A stretch of DNA of 64,000 nt from Dehalococcoidia bacterium (GTDB taxonomy: Bacteria; Chloroflexota; Dehalococcoidia; Lucifugimonadales; UBA1127), in assembly GCA_965217675.1 (NCBI GenBank), contig OZ244559.1, positions 1,986,126-2,050,125 of the forward strand, given 5' to 3'. Both the position numbers and the translations under genes were made by a program. Positions 42,852 through 52,177 of this stretch are shown in pieces. Under the pieces are notes generated by a model. That model saw only the letters and a program-made list of their open reading frames with translations. It did not search any database and was not told the origin of the DNA. Within the stretch, counting starts at the first letter, position 1. Each line of letters begins with the position of its first letter.

Positions 42852-44258
42852 TTAGAGCTCCGGCCGGCGATCGTGCCAGCGTGCGTATTGCTGGTAGGCG
42901 TGGCCCGCCTTGAGCACGGTCTCTTCACGGAACGGGGCGGCCGCCAGCTGCATGCCGATGGGCAATCCTTCAGACGAAAACCCTACGGGCACCGACATCG
43001 ACGGCAGGCCGGTCTGGTTGAAGGGCGCCATCAGGCTGGGCGTCATCATCATGCCCAGCGGGTCGAAGTCTTTCAGCGACGACGCCGGCTTGGCCATGAC
43101 GGTCGCCGCGATCAGGTCGACGCCCTCGAGCGCCGCCGCGAACTCCCGTCGGATCCGGCTGCGCGCCCGCTGGGCCTGCACGTAGTCGGCGGCGGTGTAA
43201 GCCGCGCCGAGGACGAACCGCGTGCGGACGATGTCGCCGTAGTTCTCCGGTTGCGAGCGCAGGTTCTTCTCGTGATACGTGTGGGCCTCGCTGATCATGA
43301 TTACGTTGTTGGCGATGCTGGCGTGGGCCAGGCTGGGTATCTCGATGTCCCGGACGGTCGCGCCCAGCTCGCCGAGTGCCTCGATTGCCCGATTCACAGC
43401 AGCCGCCACCTCCGGGTCCAGCCCGGCGTCCTCGCCAAAGAAGTAGTGGCGGGGCACACCTACGGTCAATCCGGTCAGGTCGCCGCCCAGCGCGGCCGCG
43501 TAGTCCGGCACCGGCTCGTGGCTGGACGTGGGGTCCTTGGGGTCGTGACCCGCGATGGCCTGCAGCATGTGCGCGGCGTCCTCCACCGTCCACGTCATGG
43601 GCCCGCAGTGGTCGAGCGACCAGCTCAGCGGCAGCACGCCGTAGCGGCTCACGCGCCCGTAGGTCGGCTTCAGTCCGACGATGCCGCAGAGCGCCGCCGG
43701 GCCGCGGATGGAGCCACCCGTGTCCGACCCCAGCGTCCCCATCGCGAGGCCCGAAGCCATCGCTGCGCCGGAACCGCTGCTGGAGCCACCGGTGACGTGG
43801 TTCAGGTTCCACGGGTTGCAGGCCTGGTCAAACAGGCTCGTCTTGGGACCGCCCAGCGCGAACTCGTGCATGGCCAGCTTGCCGAGGTTGACAGCCCCGG
43901 CCTCCCGCAGGCGCAGGATCGCCGTGCAGTCCTCCGTGGGCACGCGGTGTTCCAGCACCTTCGACTGGCCCGTGGTGCGGACACCCTCCGTGTCGTACAG
44001 GTCCTTGTAGGCGACGGGAACCCCGTGCATGGGGCCGCGGTACTCGCCGCGGGCGATCTCGTCCTCCGCTGTGCGCGCCTCCTGCAGGGCGGACTCCGGC
44101 AGCAGCGTCACGTACGACCGCACGCGCCCATCCAGCGCCTCGATGCGATCGAGGTAGGCCTGCGTCAGCTCAACGGGGGAGAACTGGCGCTCTCGCAGCA
44201 GCTCGCTCGCCTCACCAATGGTCAGGAAGCACAGTTCATCGCGTGTCATTTGCGCCAT
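42852..44258 (-). CDS. Amidase-signature enzyme (GatA/AtzE-like)
   Basis: The AS signature is GGSSSGSGAAMASGLAMGTLGSDTGGSIRGPAALCGIVGLKPTYGRVSRYG, with KD...T... upstream (GVPVAYKDLYDTEGVRTT). Confidence 0.85.
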   Translation of the reverse strand: MAQMTRDELCFLTIGEASELLRERQFSPVELTQAYLDRIEALDGRVRSYVTLLPESALQEARTAEDEIARGEYRGPMHGVPVAYKDLYDTEGVRTTGQSKVLEHRVPTEDCTAILRLREAGAVNLGKLAMHEFALGGPKTSLFDQACNPWNLNHVTGGSSSGSGAAMASGLAMGTLGSDTGGSIRGPAALCGIVGLKPTYGRVSRYGVLPLSWSLDHCGPMTWTVEDAAHMLQAIAGHDPKDPTSSHEPVPDYAAALGGDLTGLTVGVPRHYFFGEDAGLDPEVAAAVNRAIEALGELGATVRDIEIPSLAHASIANNVIMISEAHTYHEKNLRSQPENYGDIVRTRFVLGAAYTAADYVQAQRARSRIRREFAAALEGVDLIAATVMAKPASSLKDFDPLGMMMTPSLMAPFNQTGLPSMSVPVGFSSEGLPIGMQLAAAPFREETVLKAGHAYQQYARWHDRRPEL

Positions 44259-44260
44259 GA

Positions 44261-44452
44261 CTAGCCCTCCTTCCGCATCGGCGTGAACGCCCCGGCAACC
44301 TCTTCGTCGTCAAGGTCCGCCTCGTGCAGGCGGCGCAGCCGCTCCTTGTTCACGAGGAAGACCCTCAGCATGTCATCAAGCTCATCACCCTCAAGCGTGA
44401 AGCCTGAGTGTGCCAGCAGGCCGAGAAGCTCTTCCCGATCGCCGTCTGCCAT
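44261..44452 (-). CDS. Small acidic GatC/AtzG-like protein (63 aa), translationally coupled to the amidase
   Basis: ATG 44452 is preceded by GGAAGGTAGG. The TAG stop lies 2 nt before the amidase ATG, and the amidase RBS (AAGGAGGG) sits inside its last codons. The pattern LLAHSGFTLEGDELDDMLRVFLVNKERLRRLHEADLDDEEVAGAF resembles GatC helices. Confidence 0.5.
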   Translation of the reverse strand: MADGDREELLGLLAHSGFTLEGDELDDMLRVFLVNKERLRRLHEADLDDEEVAGAFTPMRKEG

Positions 44453-44642
44453 AGCGTACCTACCTTCCGCCGGGTCGCGGTCGCGCCGCGAGGGCCCGGC
44501 TTTATGCTGCGGGGTGATTCTATCATCATTCCCGGAGTTTGCGCCCCGCGAGGGCGCGGGCCTTACGCGCGCAACGCGTGTTGACACTGGCAACGCCGCG
44601 GCGTAGATTTAGGCGGTATCCCAATGAAAAGACCGTGGGAGG

Positions 44643-45977
44643 ATGCTCATGCTGACGGCCCGAGACAATGCAACGTTGACCCAGGTTGGCCCCGGCACAC
44701 CGATGGGCGAGTTGATGCGGCAGTTCTGGATCCCCGCCGTCCAGTCCGTAGAGTTGCCTGAGCCCGACTGCCCGCCCGTGCGCGTCAAGCTGCTGGGCGA
44801 AGAGTTGGTGACCTTCCGGGACACCAACGGCGACGTGGGGATGCTGGACAACTACTGCCCCCATCGACGCGCCAGCCTCTTCTTCGGACGCAACGAGGAA
44901 TACGGTCTGCGCTGCGTCTACCACGGCTGGAAGTACGACGTGAACGGCGAGTGCGTGGACATGCCCTCGGAACCCGCGGAGAGCAACTTCAAGGAAAAGG
45001 TGAAGATCAAGTCCTACCCCTGCCGGGAGCGCGGCGGCGTGATCTGGACGTACATGGGCCCCCGCGCAGAAGCGCCGCCCCTGCCGGACCTCGAGGCCAA
45101 CATGATGCCCGAGGGCGAGTGGGCCGTCTCCAGCGTGATGCGCAGCTGCAACTTCGTGCAGGCGCTGGAGGGCGACATCGACACCTCCCACCTCGGCTTC
45201 CTGCACCTGGGCGCCGTGGACCCGGAGGGCGCCGTCCCCGGCTCCTTCGACTACTACACAGTGAACATCCGCAGCCCGCGCTACAAGGTGATCGACACGG
45301 ACTACGGCACCACCTACGCCGCATACCGAGACGCCAAGGAGGGACACTACTACTGGCGGTTCGCACACTTCCTGCTGCCCTTCTGGTCCATGATCCCCAC
45401 CGGCATTCTGGGCGTGCAGGTACTGGGTCGGGCTTGGGTGCCCATTGACGATGAGCACACCATGTTCTGGAGCATGATCTTGCCCAGCACCAGGCAGGGC
45501 GGCGGCCAGGGCGGCGCCGGCAACCCCCGCCAGGGCGTCAACATCGAGGGCAAGAAGGGCGCGATGAACTACCTGCCCAACGGCACCGGCTGGTACGACC
45601 GCTGGACCCTCGCCCAGAACAAGGACAACGACTACGGGATTGACCGTTACGCCCAGAAGACCAACCAGAACTTCACGGGCATTGACGGCATCTACCTGCA
45701 GGACCAGGTGGTCACGGAGGCGATGGGCACCGTGGTGGACCGCACCAAGGAACACCTGGGCACCAGCGACACCATGGTCATCAAGACCCGCCAGCGCCTG
45801 ATGAAGGCGGCGCGAGAGCTGCAGGAGGGCATCGAGCCGGCGCCAGTCGACCAACCAGGGCTCTACGCCATCCGCTCCGGCGGCGTGGTGCTGCCCAAGG
45901 AAACCGACTGGCTGGAGGGCACCACGGAGCTGCGCAAGGCATTCGTCAAGCACCCCGGCCTCTCGTCGATGCAATAA
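44643..45977 (+). CDS. Rieske [2Fe-2S] non-haem-iron oxygenase alpha subunit (phthalate-family/class IA-like)
   Basis: The Rieske motif is CPHRRASLFFGR...LRCVYHGWKYD. The mononuclear-iron region is ...NFVQALEGDIDTSHLGFLH... Confidence 0.85.
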   Translation: MLMLTARDNATLTQVGPGTPMGELMRQFWIPAVQSVELPEPDCPPVRVKLLGEELVTFRDTNGDVGMLDNYCPHRRASLFFGRNEEYGLRCVYHGWKYDVNGECVDMPSEPAESNFKEKVKIKSYPCRERGGVIWTYMGPRAEAPPLPDLEANMMPEGEWAVSSVMRSCNFVQALEGDIDTSHLGFLHLGAVDPEGAVPGSFDYYTVNIRSPRYKVIDTDYGTTYAAYRDAKEGHYYWRFAHFLLPFWSMIPTGILGVQVLGRAWVPIDDEHTMFWSMILPSTRQGGGQGGAGNPRQGVNIEGKKGAMNYLPNGTGWYDRWTLAQNKDNDYGIDRYAQKTNQNFTGIDGIYLQDQVVTEAMGTVVDRTKEHLGTSDTMVIKTRQRLMKAARELQEGIEPAPVDQPGLYAIRSGGVVLPKETDWLEGTTELRKAFVKHPGLSSMQ

Positions 45978-46110
45978 GCGCACATCGGTAAGGCTTGAAT
46001 GGAAGAGCTCCTACGCTGTGGGGGCTCTTCCTGCATTTGCGGCGCGGGCGATACGGGACTATCCTGTACCCGCGTCCCATGATTGGACGATTCGGCGGCC
46101 CAGGAGGACC

Positions 46111-47175
46111 ATGAAGTTTGGCGTTTTCCTACTGCTGCACTCCCCCGACAAGCGGGCACCCGCGCAGGTGTACGCCAATGCGCTTGAGCAAGCCCGGCTG
46201 GCGGACGAGTTGGGGTTCGACGCCGTCTGGTTGGCGGAGCACCACTTCTCCAGCTACGGGTACGGCCCCAACCCCCTGACCTTCGCGGTCAAGATGGCGG
46301 AGAACACCAAGCGGGTGCGCATCGGCACGGCCGTGGTGGTCCTCCCCCTCTACCATCCCCTGCGGCTGGCGGAGGACATCGCCCTCGCCGACCACCTGAC
46401 CGGGGGCCGCCTCGACGTGGGCCTGGGCCGCGGCTACCAGCGGTACGAGTTCGAACGGCTCGGGCTGGAGCTCAGCGAGAACCGCGTCATGTTCGACGAG
46501 GCGCTGGAGGTCATGCTGGAGGCGTGGAGTCAGGAGGACTTCAGCTACGACGGGAAGTACTACCAGATCCCACCCACAACGGTCTTTCCGAAGCCCCTGC
46601 AGGAACCGCACCCGCCGCTGTGGATCGCCGCCCAGTCGCCGGTGAGCATCGCCGACGCCGTGAAGCGGGGCTATAAGTGCATCACCGGCGGGTCCAGCGC
46701 GCCCTCAGACCGTGTGCTGCAGAGCTGGCAGGTCTTCCGCGACGCCGTCAACGAGTCGGGCCAGGGCTGGCCGCAGGAGTTCGTGATTCAGTCGCAGGTG
46801 CACGTCGCGGAGAACGATGCCGCCGCTCGGGCGCAGACGCAGAACGCGCTGTGGCACCTTCGGTCGGCGGGAGCGTTGCGCGCAAACACGCAGCGGGTCG
46901 AAAAGGGTTTGGCCATAGAGATGCCCCAGCCCAACGAGCCGCCGCCTGACTTGATGTACGACGAGTGGATTCTCTTCGGCGACTCGGAGACCGTGGAGCG
47001 CAAGGTGCAGCGCATCCTGGACAACACGGGCATCACGTACCTCAACTGCGTATTCGCAATAGGACGGCTGGAACACAAGGAGGTCATGAAGTCCATGGAG
47101 CGCTTTGCCAGGGACGTCATGCCGCAGTTCCGGGACAAGGTGGGCCTGTCCGGTGCGGTGGAAGCGCCGGTGTAG
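46111..47175 (+). CDS. LLM-class (luciferase-like) flavin-dependent monooxygenase/oxidoreductase
   Basis: AGGAGGA lies upstream of ATG 46111. Contains MKFGVFLLLH...LGFDAVWLAEHHFSSYGYGPNPLTFAVKMAENTKRVRIGTAVVVLPLYHPLRLAEDIALADHLTGGRLDVGLGRGY. Confidence 0.85.
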   Translation: MKFGVFLLLHSPDKRAPAQVYANALEQARLADELGFDAVWLAEHHFSSYGYGPNPLTFAVKMAENTKRVRIGTAVVVLPLYHPLRLAEDIALADHLTGGRLDVGLGRGYQRYEFERLGLELSENRVMFDEALEVMLEAWSQEDFSYDGKYYQIPPTTVFPKPLQEPHPPLWIAAQSPVSIADAVKRGYKCITGGSSAPSDRVLQSWQVFRDAVNESGQGWPQEFVIQSQVHVAENDAAARAQTQNALWHLRSAGALRANTQRVEKGLAIEMPQPNEPPPDLMYDEWILFGDSETVERKVQRILDNTGITYLNCVFAIGRLEHKEVMKSMERFARDVMPQFRDKVGLSGAVEAPV

Positions 47176-47195
47176 CGCCGGGGAAGGGGAGCGAC

Positions 47196-47396
47196 ATGGG
47201 CTTTGGTGCACCGCACATCCCGCAACATGATCCGTTCAACCGGAGCAACATAGAGCGCAATATGCAGCAGTCGCCGGGGCATCGAGAGCGAGGCCTTGGC
47301 GGGAATCTCCATGCCCTCAACGCGCTGGAGATCGTCATCGTAGGGGCCGTGCTTGTAGGCATCGCGTTGCTTGTGCTGTTCTTCGTCCTGCTATAG
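47196..47396 (+). CDS. Possible small membrane protein (66 aa, C-terminal TM helix)
   Basis: GGGGAAGGGGA lies upstream of ATG 47196. The C-terminus is LEIVIVGAVLVGIALLVLFFVLL. It is supported only by the RBS and hydrophobicity. Confidence 0.3.
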   Translation: MGFGAPHIPQHDPFNRSNIERNMQQSPGHRERGLGGNLHALNALEIVIVGAVLVGIALLVLFFVLL

Positions 47397-47425
47397 CCGT
47401 GCCAGGTCGGCACCAGGAGGGTCGC

Positions 47426-47563
47426 ATGGGAGCCATTGGAGTGCCCAAGCGCAAGGTGGAATACTGGCCACTGGAGACTCCCGTGCCCGCACGCCGAGCC
47501 GCCCCCGCCTCGCCCCCCGTCACGACGCCGGCGCCGACAAGAGAGCCGACACCGGTGCGGTAG
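47426..47563 (+). CDS. Possible small Pro-rich protein (45 aa)
   Basis: A strong SD (AGGAGGG) lies 5 nt upstream of ATG 47426. The translation is MGAIGVPKRKVEYWPLETPVPARRAAPASPPVTTPAPTREPTPVR. It is below the ORF-track length cutoff. Confidence 0.3.
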   Translation: MGAIGVPKRKVEYWPLETPVPARRAAPASPPVTTPAPTREPTPVR

Positions 47564-47628
47564 AGTTCCCCGAAGCACAATTGGACGATGGGTGGAGGAG
47601 GAATTCAACAAAGGAGAATAAGAAGGGA

Positions 47629-47988
47629 ATGAACCACCCGTCACATCAGGAGCAGAGCAAGATTTTCTTGACCCAAGCAACGGAGGAGTTGGCAAAGGAA
47701 GACCTGCGGCAGGCGTCAGAGAAGGGATGGGGAGCGGCGTCGCAAATCGTGAAGGCGGTGGCGGATGCCCGTGGTTGGGACCACAAGGGACACGCCCATC
47801 TATTCCGGGCCGTGGGTCTGATTGCAGACGAACGCCAGGATGAACAAATCCGTTTCCTATTCGCCTTTGCCAATGACCTGCACATCAACTTCTACGACGG
47901 CTACCTCGACGGACACGAAGTCGCAGTTCGGTTGGGGCATGTGTCTCAGTTCGTGGACAAGATGGACGCGTTATTGGCCGTTTCGTAG
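47629..47988 (+). CDS. PaREP1-like helical protein (119 aa)
   Basis: RBS candidates AAGGAG and AGAAGGGA lie upstream of ATG 47629. Contains ...DLRQASEKGWGAASQIVKAVADARGWDHKGHAHLF... and ...ANDLHINFYDGY... These resemble the PaREP1 family signature as I remember it (…AAGKAFQAWKAL… / …LH.FQYNG…). Confidence 0.5.
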   Translation: MNHPSHQEQSKIFLTQATEELAKEDLRQASEKGWGAASQIVKAVADARGWDHKGHAHLFRAVGLIADERQDEQIRFLFAFANDLHINFYDGYLDGHEVAVRLGHVSQFVDKMDALLAVS

Positions 47989-48016
47989 TCGGCACTGCTG
48001 GTAAAAATCCACATCC

Positions 48017-48631
48017 ATGACTGAACCATCCCCCATAGAGACGCGGCTGGGCTACGTGACGGCATGGCGCACGTGGCGCGTGTGGATGTCTTCAGAGGCG
48101 CTGTCGCTTCACAGCGTCGCCGCCGCGCCCACCCTCGGCGAATGGATGCCGCTGCGTCCAATGGAGGCCCGCTGCGGCTACCGCGAGATGCGTCCCCCCG
48201 GCTGCGAGTGCGAGTCCTGCCCCAGCGACAACAACAAGTGCGGCATCTACGCATATCGGGAGGCGCCCAGCACGGTCACGCACGCCATGGGCATCGTGGG
48301 GCGCGTGGCCTTGTGGGGCACGGTCATCGAGCACCAGACCGGCTATCGAAGCCAGTACGCCTATCCCATCGACGTCGCATACGGCCACTGCACGTGGTGC
48401 GGGTCGCCGTCCAAGCCCGTGCTGCTGCCCTTCGAGGAGTCGGTTGTGCTTGCGCCCGAGGACGGTGAAGGCTGGATCGTGTGGGTGTGCCGCGCCCACG
48501 CGGAAACTGCGCTGGCGCAGGCGCGCTCATTGGAGACGGGGAAGACGCCAATGGGCTGGTCGGAACGTCCTGGGCTGACGATGGCGCAGGCCATCGCTGA
48601 GGCGTACAACGTCGAGGTGGCCCCGCAGTAA
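48017..48631 (+). CDS. Hypothetical protein with two Cys clusters (204 aa)
   Basis: The ORF starts 28 nt after the preceding gene. Cluster 1 is C-x11-C-x-C-x2-C-x6-C-G-I-Y-A. Cluster 2 is C-x2-C ... C-x2-H (GHCTWCGSP...VWVCRAH). No family name recalled. Confidence 0.55.
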   Translation: MTEPSPIETRLGYVTAWRTWRVWMSSEALSLHSVAAAPTLGEWMPLRPMEARCGYREMRPPGCECESCPSDNNKCGIYAYREAPSTVTHAMGIVGRVALWGTVIEHQTGYRSQYAYPIDVAYGHCTWCGSPSKPVLLPFEESVVLAPEDGEGWIVWVCRAHAETALAQARSLETGKTPMGWSERPGLTMAQAIAEAYNVEVAPQ

Positions 48632-48644
48632 CGGGCGCCCGAGT

Positions 48645-49094
48645 CTACGACTGCCGCACTATGCGCTTGGGCGCATCCACCAACACGGGCGCCACGGGCA
48701 TTGCGAGGTCCGCTATCGTGGTACGTTCCAGAATCGCATTGACCGCGTCCTCTACCGTTTGCCAGACGCTTCGTTGGGCGCAGGCGTCGGAAAGCGTGCA
48801 GGCGTTTTCGTCGTCCAGGCAGTTGACCAGCGCGTTGGACTCGTCCATCGCAGACATGACCATGCTGAGATTGATGTCCTCCGGCGCTACGGCAAGCATG
48901 TGCCCACCAAGCGGGCCGCGCATTGTGGTGGTGAAGCCGCGCTTGCTGAGGGTGTTCAGGATGTGATTCAGGTAGGGCTCCGGCATCGCCATGGACTTGG
49001 CCACCTGGGTGGCATGCACCGGTCCCTTGCCCTGTTGCTGCGCAAGGGCGACCAAGGCCCGGACCGCGTAGTCTACCTTGATTGGGATGTGCAT
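48645..49094 (-). CDS. Rrf2-family transcriptional regulator (IscR/SufR-like position at the 3' end of the suf operon)
   Basis: Contains KVDYAVRALVALAQQQGKGPVHATQVAKSMAMPEPYLNHILNTLSKRGFTTTMRGPLGGHML. Three Cys residues lie in ...NCLDDENACTLSDAC... Confidence 0.8.
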   Translation of the reverse strand: MHIPIKVDYAVRALVALAQQQGKGPVHATQVAKSMAMPEPYLNHILNTLSKRGFTTTMRGPLGGHMLAVAPEDINLSMVMSAMDESNALVNCLDDENACTLSDACAQRSVWQTVEDAVNAILERTTIADLAMPVAPVLVDAPKRIVRQS

Positions 49095-49128
49095 TGCCCC
49101 CTCCTCTTCCGTGGGCGCGCTGCCGTTG

Positions 49129-49584
49129 CTATTCCGTTGTCACATGTTCCGGGTTCTTCGGGTCCAGGGAGGCCGCCATCGTGTGCCACGCCAGGCTGGC
49201 GCACTTGATACGATTGGGGAAGGCGCAGACTCCGGCCAGCGCCTCCAACTCGCCGAGACTGCCGCCATCGAAGTCCGCGCCGGGGTCCCGGGTGACCATG
49301 GTGTGGAAACCCTCGAACAGGGCCCGCGCCTCTGCCACCGACTTGCCCTTCACGTTCTGCGTCATCATGGACGCCGACGACTGGGAGATGGCACAGCCAA
49401 CACCCTGGAAGGACACGTCCGCAATGACCCCGTCCTCCACCTTCAGGAAGACTGAGACCTGGTCGCCGCAGAGCGGGTTGTAGCCGTCGGCGGTGTTGCT
49501 GGCGTCCTCCATGACCCGCTTGTTGCGCGGCCTGTTGTTGTGGTCCAGCACCAGTTCCTGGTAGAGCTCGACAAGTTCGCTCAC
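49129..49584 (-). CDS. sufU: SUF-system Fe-S cluster scaffold/sulfur-transfer protein SufU
   Basis: Contains LYQELVLDHNNRPRN...NPLCGDQVSVFL...FQGVGCAISQSSASMMT...C-terminal ...RIKCASLAW. Confidence 0.85.
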   Translation of the reverse strand: MSELVELYQELVLDHNNRPRNKRVMEDASNTADGYNPLCGDQVSVFLKVEDGVIADVSFQGVGCAISQSSASMMTQNVKGKSVAEARALFEGFHTMVTRDPGADFDGGSLGELEALAGVCAFPNRIKCASLAWHTMAASLDPKNPEHVTTE

Positions 49585-50813
49585 TAGCTAAACACCTCAA
49601 ATGTCCTGTGGATGCCCTCCACCAGCGCGTCGATCTCCGCCTTGGTGTTGTAGAAGGCGAGGGACGCCCGCGCGGTGGCAGGTATCTGGAAGCGCTGCAT
49701 AAGCGGCTGCGCGCAGTGGTGGCCCGTGCGGATGGCGATGCCCTGCGTGTCCAGCACCGTGCCGATGTCGTGGGGGTGGATGCCGTCCAGCAGAAAGGAG
49801 AGCACGCTCGCCTTCTGCCGTGCCGTGCCGATGAGCCGCAGCCCCTCGATGGCTTGCAACTGCTCCGTGCCGTACTCCAGAAGCTCATGCTCGTAGGCGG
49901 CGGCGCGCTCCAGGCCGATGCCGTTCACGTAGTCGATAGCCGCGCCGAGGCCGACAACGCCGGCGATGTGGGGGGTGCCCGCCTCAAACTTGTAGGGCAG
50001 GTCGTTATAGATGGTCTTCTCATAGGTTACCGACTTGATCTGTTCGCCGCCGCCCTGGTACGGGGGCATGGACTCCAGCAATTCCCGCTTGCCGTAGAGG
50101 ACTCCGATGCCCGTGGGGCCAAAGAGCTTGTGGCCAGAGAAGGCGTAGAAGTCGCAGTCCAGGTCCCGCACGTCGACGGTCAGGTGGGGCGCGGACTGCG
50201 CGCCGTCCAGCAGCACCGGCACACCGTGGGAGTGGGCCATCGCGACGATGTCCTTCACCGGGTTGATGGTGCCAAGGGCGTTGCTCATGTGCACGATGGA
50301 GACCAGCGCCGTTTGCGGGCCCAGGAGCTTCTCATACTCGTCCATGAGCAGCTCGCCGTCCTCATTGATGGGCACGACGCGCAGCCGTGCGCCGCGCTGC
50401 TCGCAGAGGATCTGCCACGGCACCACGTTGGAGTGGTGCTCCATGTTGGAGATGATGATCTCGCTGCCCTGTTCCGCACGCTGTGCGCCCAAGGTCTGCG
50501 CGACCAGGTTTATGCCCTCAGTCGTGCCCCGCGTGAAGATGATTTCCTCATCCTCCGCGGCGTTGATGAACTGGCGGACCCTGGAGCGCCCGCCCTCGTA
50601 GGCGTCAGTGGCCTCCTGGCTGAGGGTGTGGACACCGCGGTGGACGTTGGCGTTGATGTCGCTGTAGTAGGCCACCAGCGCGTCGATCACAACCTGTGGC
50701 TTCTGGCTGGTTGCGGCGCTATCGAGATAGACGAGGGGCTTGCCCCCGATCTCCCGGCTGAGGATGGGGAAGTCCTTGCGGACAGCCTCGACGTCAAAGG
50801 GTTGCGAGGTCAT
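49584..50813 (-). CDS. sufS: Cysteine desulfurase SufS (class II aminotransferase V)
   Basis: Contains ...[12 protein letters not shown]..., the PLP lysine region [17 protein letters not shown], and the active-site ...RTGHHCAQP... Confidence 0.9.
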   Translation of the reverse strand: MTSQPFDVEAVRKDFPILSREIGGKPLVYLDSAATSQKPQVVIDALVAYYSDINANVHRGVHTLSQEATDAYEGGRSRVRQFINAAEDEEIIFTRGTTEGINLVAQTLGAQRAEQGSEIIISNMEHHSNVVPWQILCEQRGARLRVVPINEDGELLMDEYEKLLGPQTALVSIVHMSNALGTINPVKDIVAMAHSHGVPVLLDGAQSAPHLTVDVRDLDCDFYAFSGHKLFGPTGIGVLYGKRELLESMPPYQGGGEQIKSVTYEKTIYNDLPYKFEAGTPHIAGVVGLGAAIDYVNGIGLERAAAYEHELLEYGTEQLQAIEGLRLIGTARQKASVLSFLLDGIHPHDIGTVLDTQGIAIRTGHHCAQPLMQRFQIPATARASLAFYNTKAEIDALVEGIHRTFEVFS

Positions 50814-52156
50814 GCGTGCCGCTCCGATACGCGGAGTGTGGCGGTAATGAGCTGCTCCAGGTGGACGCGGAGCGGTGTCAGCGCCACGTGGTCGAGCACC
50901 TCGTTGGCGAAGCCGTGGACGAGCATACGGCGCGCCGTCGCCTCGTCGATGCCGCGGCTCCGCAGGTAAAAGAGGGCACCGTCATCCAGCTTGCCGCAGG
51001 CCGCGCCGTGGCCGCAGCGGACATCGTCCGCGTAGATCCACAGGGCGGGCTTGGTGTCCACCTCCGCCTCGTCAGAGAGCAGCAGGTTCTTGTCGGACTG
51101 CTGGGCGTTGGTCTTCTGCGCGGTCTGCTGCACGGTGATGCTGCCGTGGAAGACCCCGCGAGAGCGCCCGTTCAGCACTCCCTTGTAGACCTGCTGGCTG
51201 GTGGTGTGCGGGGCGATGTGGTTGACCAGCACCTGGTTGTCGACGTGCTGGCCCTGATTGGTCATGTACAGGCCGTAGAGCGAGCACTCACTCCCCTCGC
51301 CCTCCAGCTCGACGCTCAGCGTGTGCCGCGCGATGGACCCGCCGAAGTCGAAGCCTCCCGCTGAGAAGCGGCTATCCCGCGCCAGTCGCACCTGCGTCGA
51401 CCCGACGTGGTAAGCGGGGGCCGCCTGCTGTTGTAGCCGGCACGTGTCCAGTCGCGCGCCCTCGGCGACGATGTACTCGGAGACGGCGTTCGTGAGAGAA
51501 AGGGTGTCGTTCAGGCCGCCGTAGCTCTCGATCACCGTAGCCCGGGCGTTTCTTCCCAACGATACCAGAGTACGGGGCTGCGTCACGGACGAGTGGCCCT
51601 CCGAAGAGGTCAGGTAGATGAAGTGAATGGGCTCCTCGACCACCACATCATGCGGCACGATGACGACCGCGCCGTCGCGCAAGAAGGCGGTGTTGAGGGC
51701 CGTGAAGCCGCCCTCGTCGTAGGGGGCGTAGTGTCCGAGATGGTCCCGCACCAGGTGCGGATGGAGCGCCATGGCCCTCGCGAGGCTCGTCACCGTCACC
51801 TGCGGCGGCAGTGAGGGCATGGACGTTAGGGATGGCACCCAGTAGCCGTCCACAAACACCATGCGGTTCCAGACGGAGCCGCCCATGATGTGCTGGTCGA
51901 GCGCCTCAGTGGCCACGCGGACCGGCGGTTCGGGCGCAAGGTCGTCGAAGGCGGCGTGTGCGATGGGGGCGATGTCGGTGTACTTCCACGCCTCGTTGCC
52001 GCGGCGGGCGGTGGGGAACCCCACCTCCTCGAACTTCGCGATGGCGGACTGCCGCAGCGCGTGAAGCTCGGCGGGAATGCCGGACGACGACGGCGCGATG
52101 GCTGCGTTCCACGCCTCCACGTACTTCCGCTCAAGCGCTGCGGTCTGCTGCGTCAT
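50810..52156 (-). CDS. sufD: Fe-S cluster assembly protein SufD
   Basis: It sits between sufC and sufS. The C-terminal beta-helix signature is ...[36 protein letters not shown]...[35 protein letters not shown]. Confidence 0.85.
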   Translation of the reverse strand: MTQQTAALERKYVEAWNAAIAPSSSGIPAELHALRQSAIAKFEEVGFPTARRGNEAWKYTDIAPIAHAAFDDLAPEPPVRVATEALDQHIMGGSVWNRMVFVDGYWVPSLTSMPSLPPQVTVTSLARAMALHPHLVRDHLGHYAPYDEGGFTALNTAFLRDGAVVIVPHDVVVEEPIHFIYLTSSEGHSSVTQPRTLVSLGRNARATVIESYGGLNDTLSLTNAVSEYIVAEGARLDTCRLQQQAAPAYHVGSTQVRLARDSRFSAGGFDFGGSIARHTLSVELEGEGSECSLYGLYMTNQGQHVDNQVLVNHIAPHTTSQQVYKGVLNGRSRGVFHGSITVQQTAQKTNAQQSDKNLLLSDEAEVDTKPALWIYADDVRCGHGAACGKLDDGALFYLRSRGIDEATARRMLVHGFANEVLDHVALTPLRVHLEQLITATLRVSERHA

Positions 52157-52177
52157 GCCCTTTCCAGTCTCTCGTGA

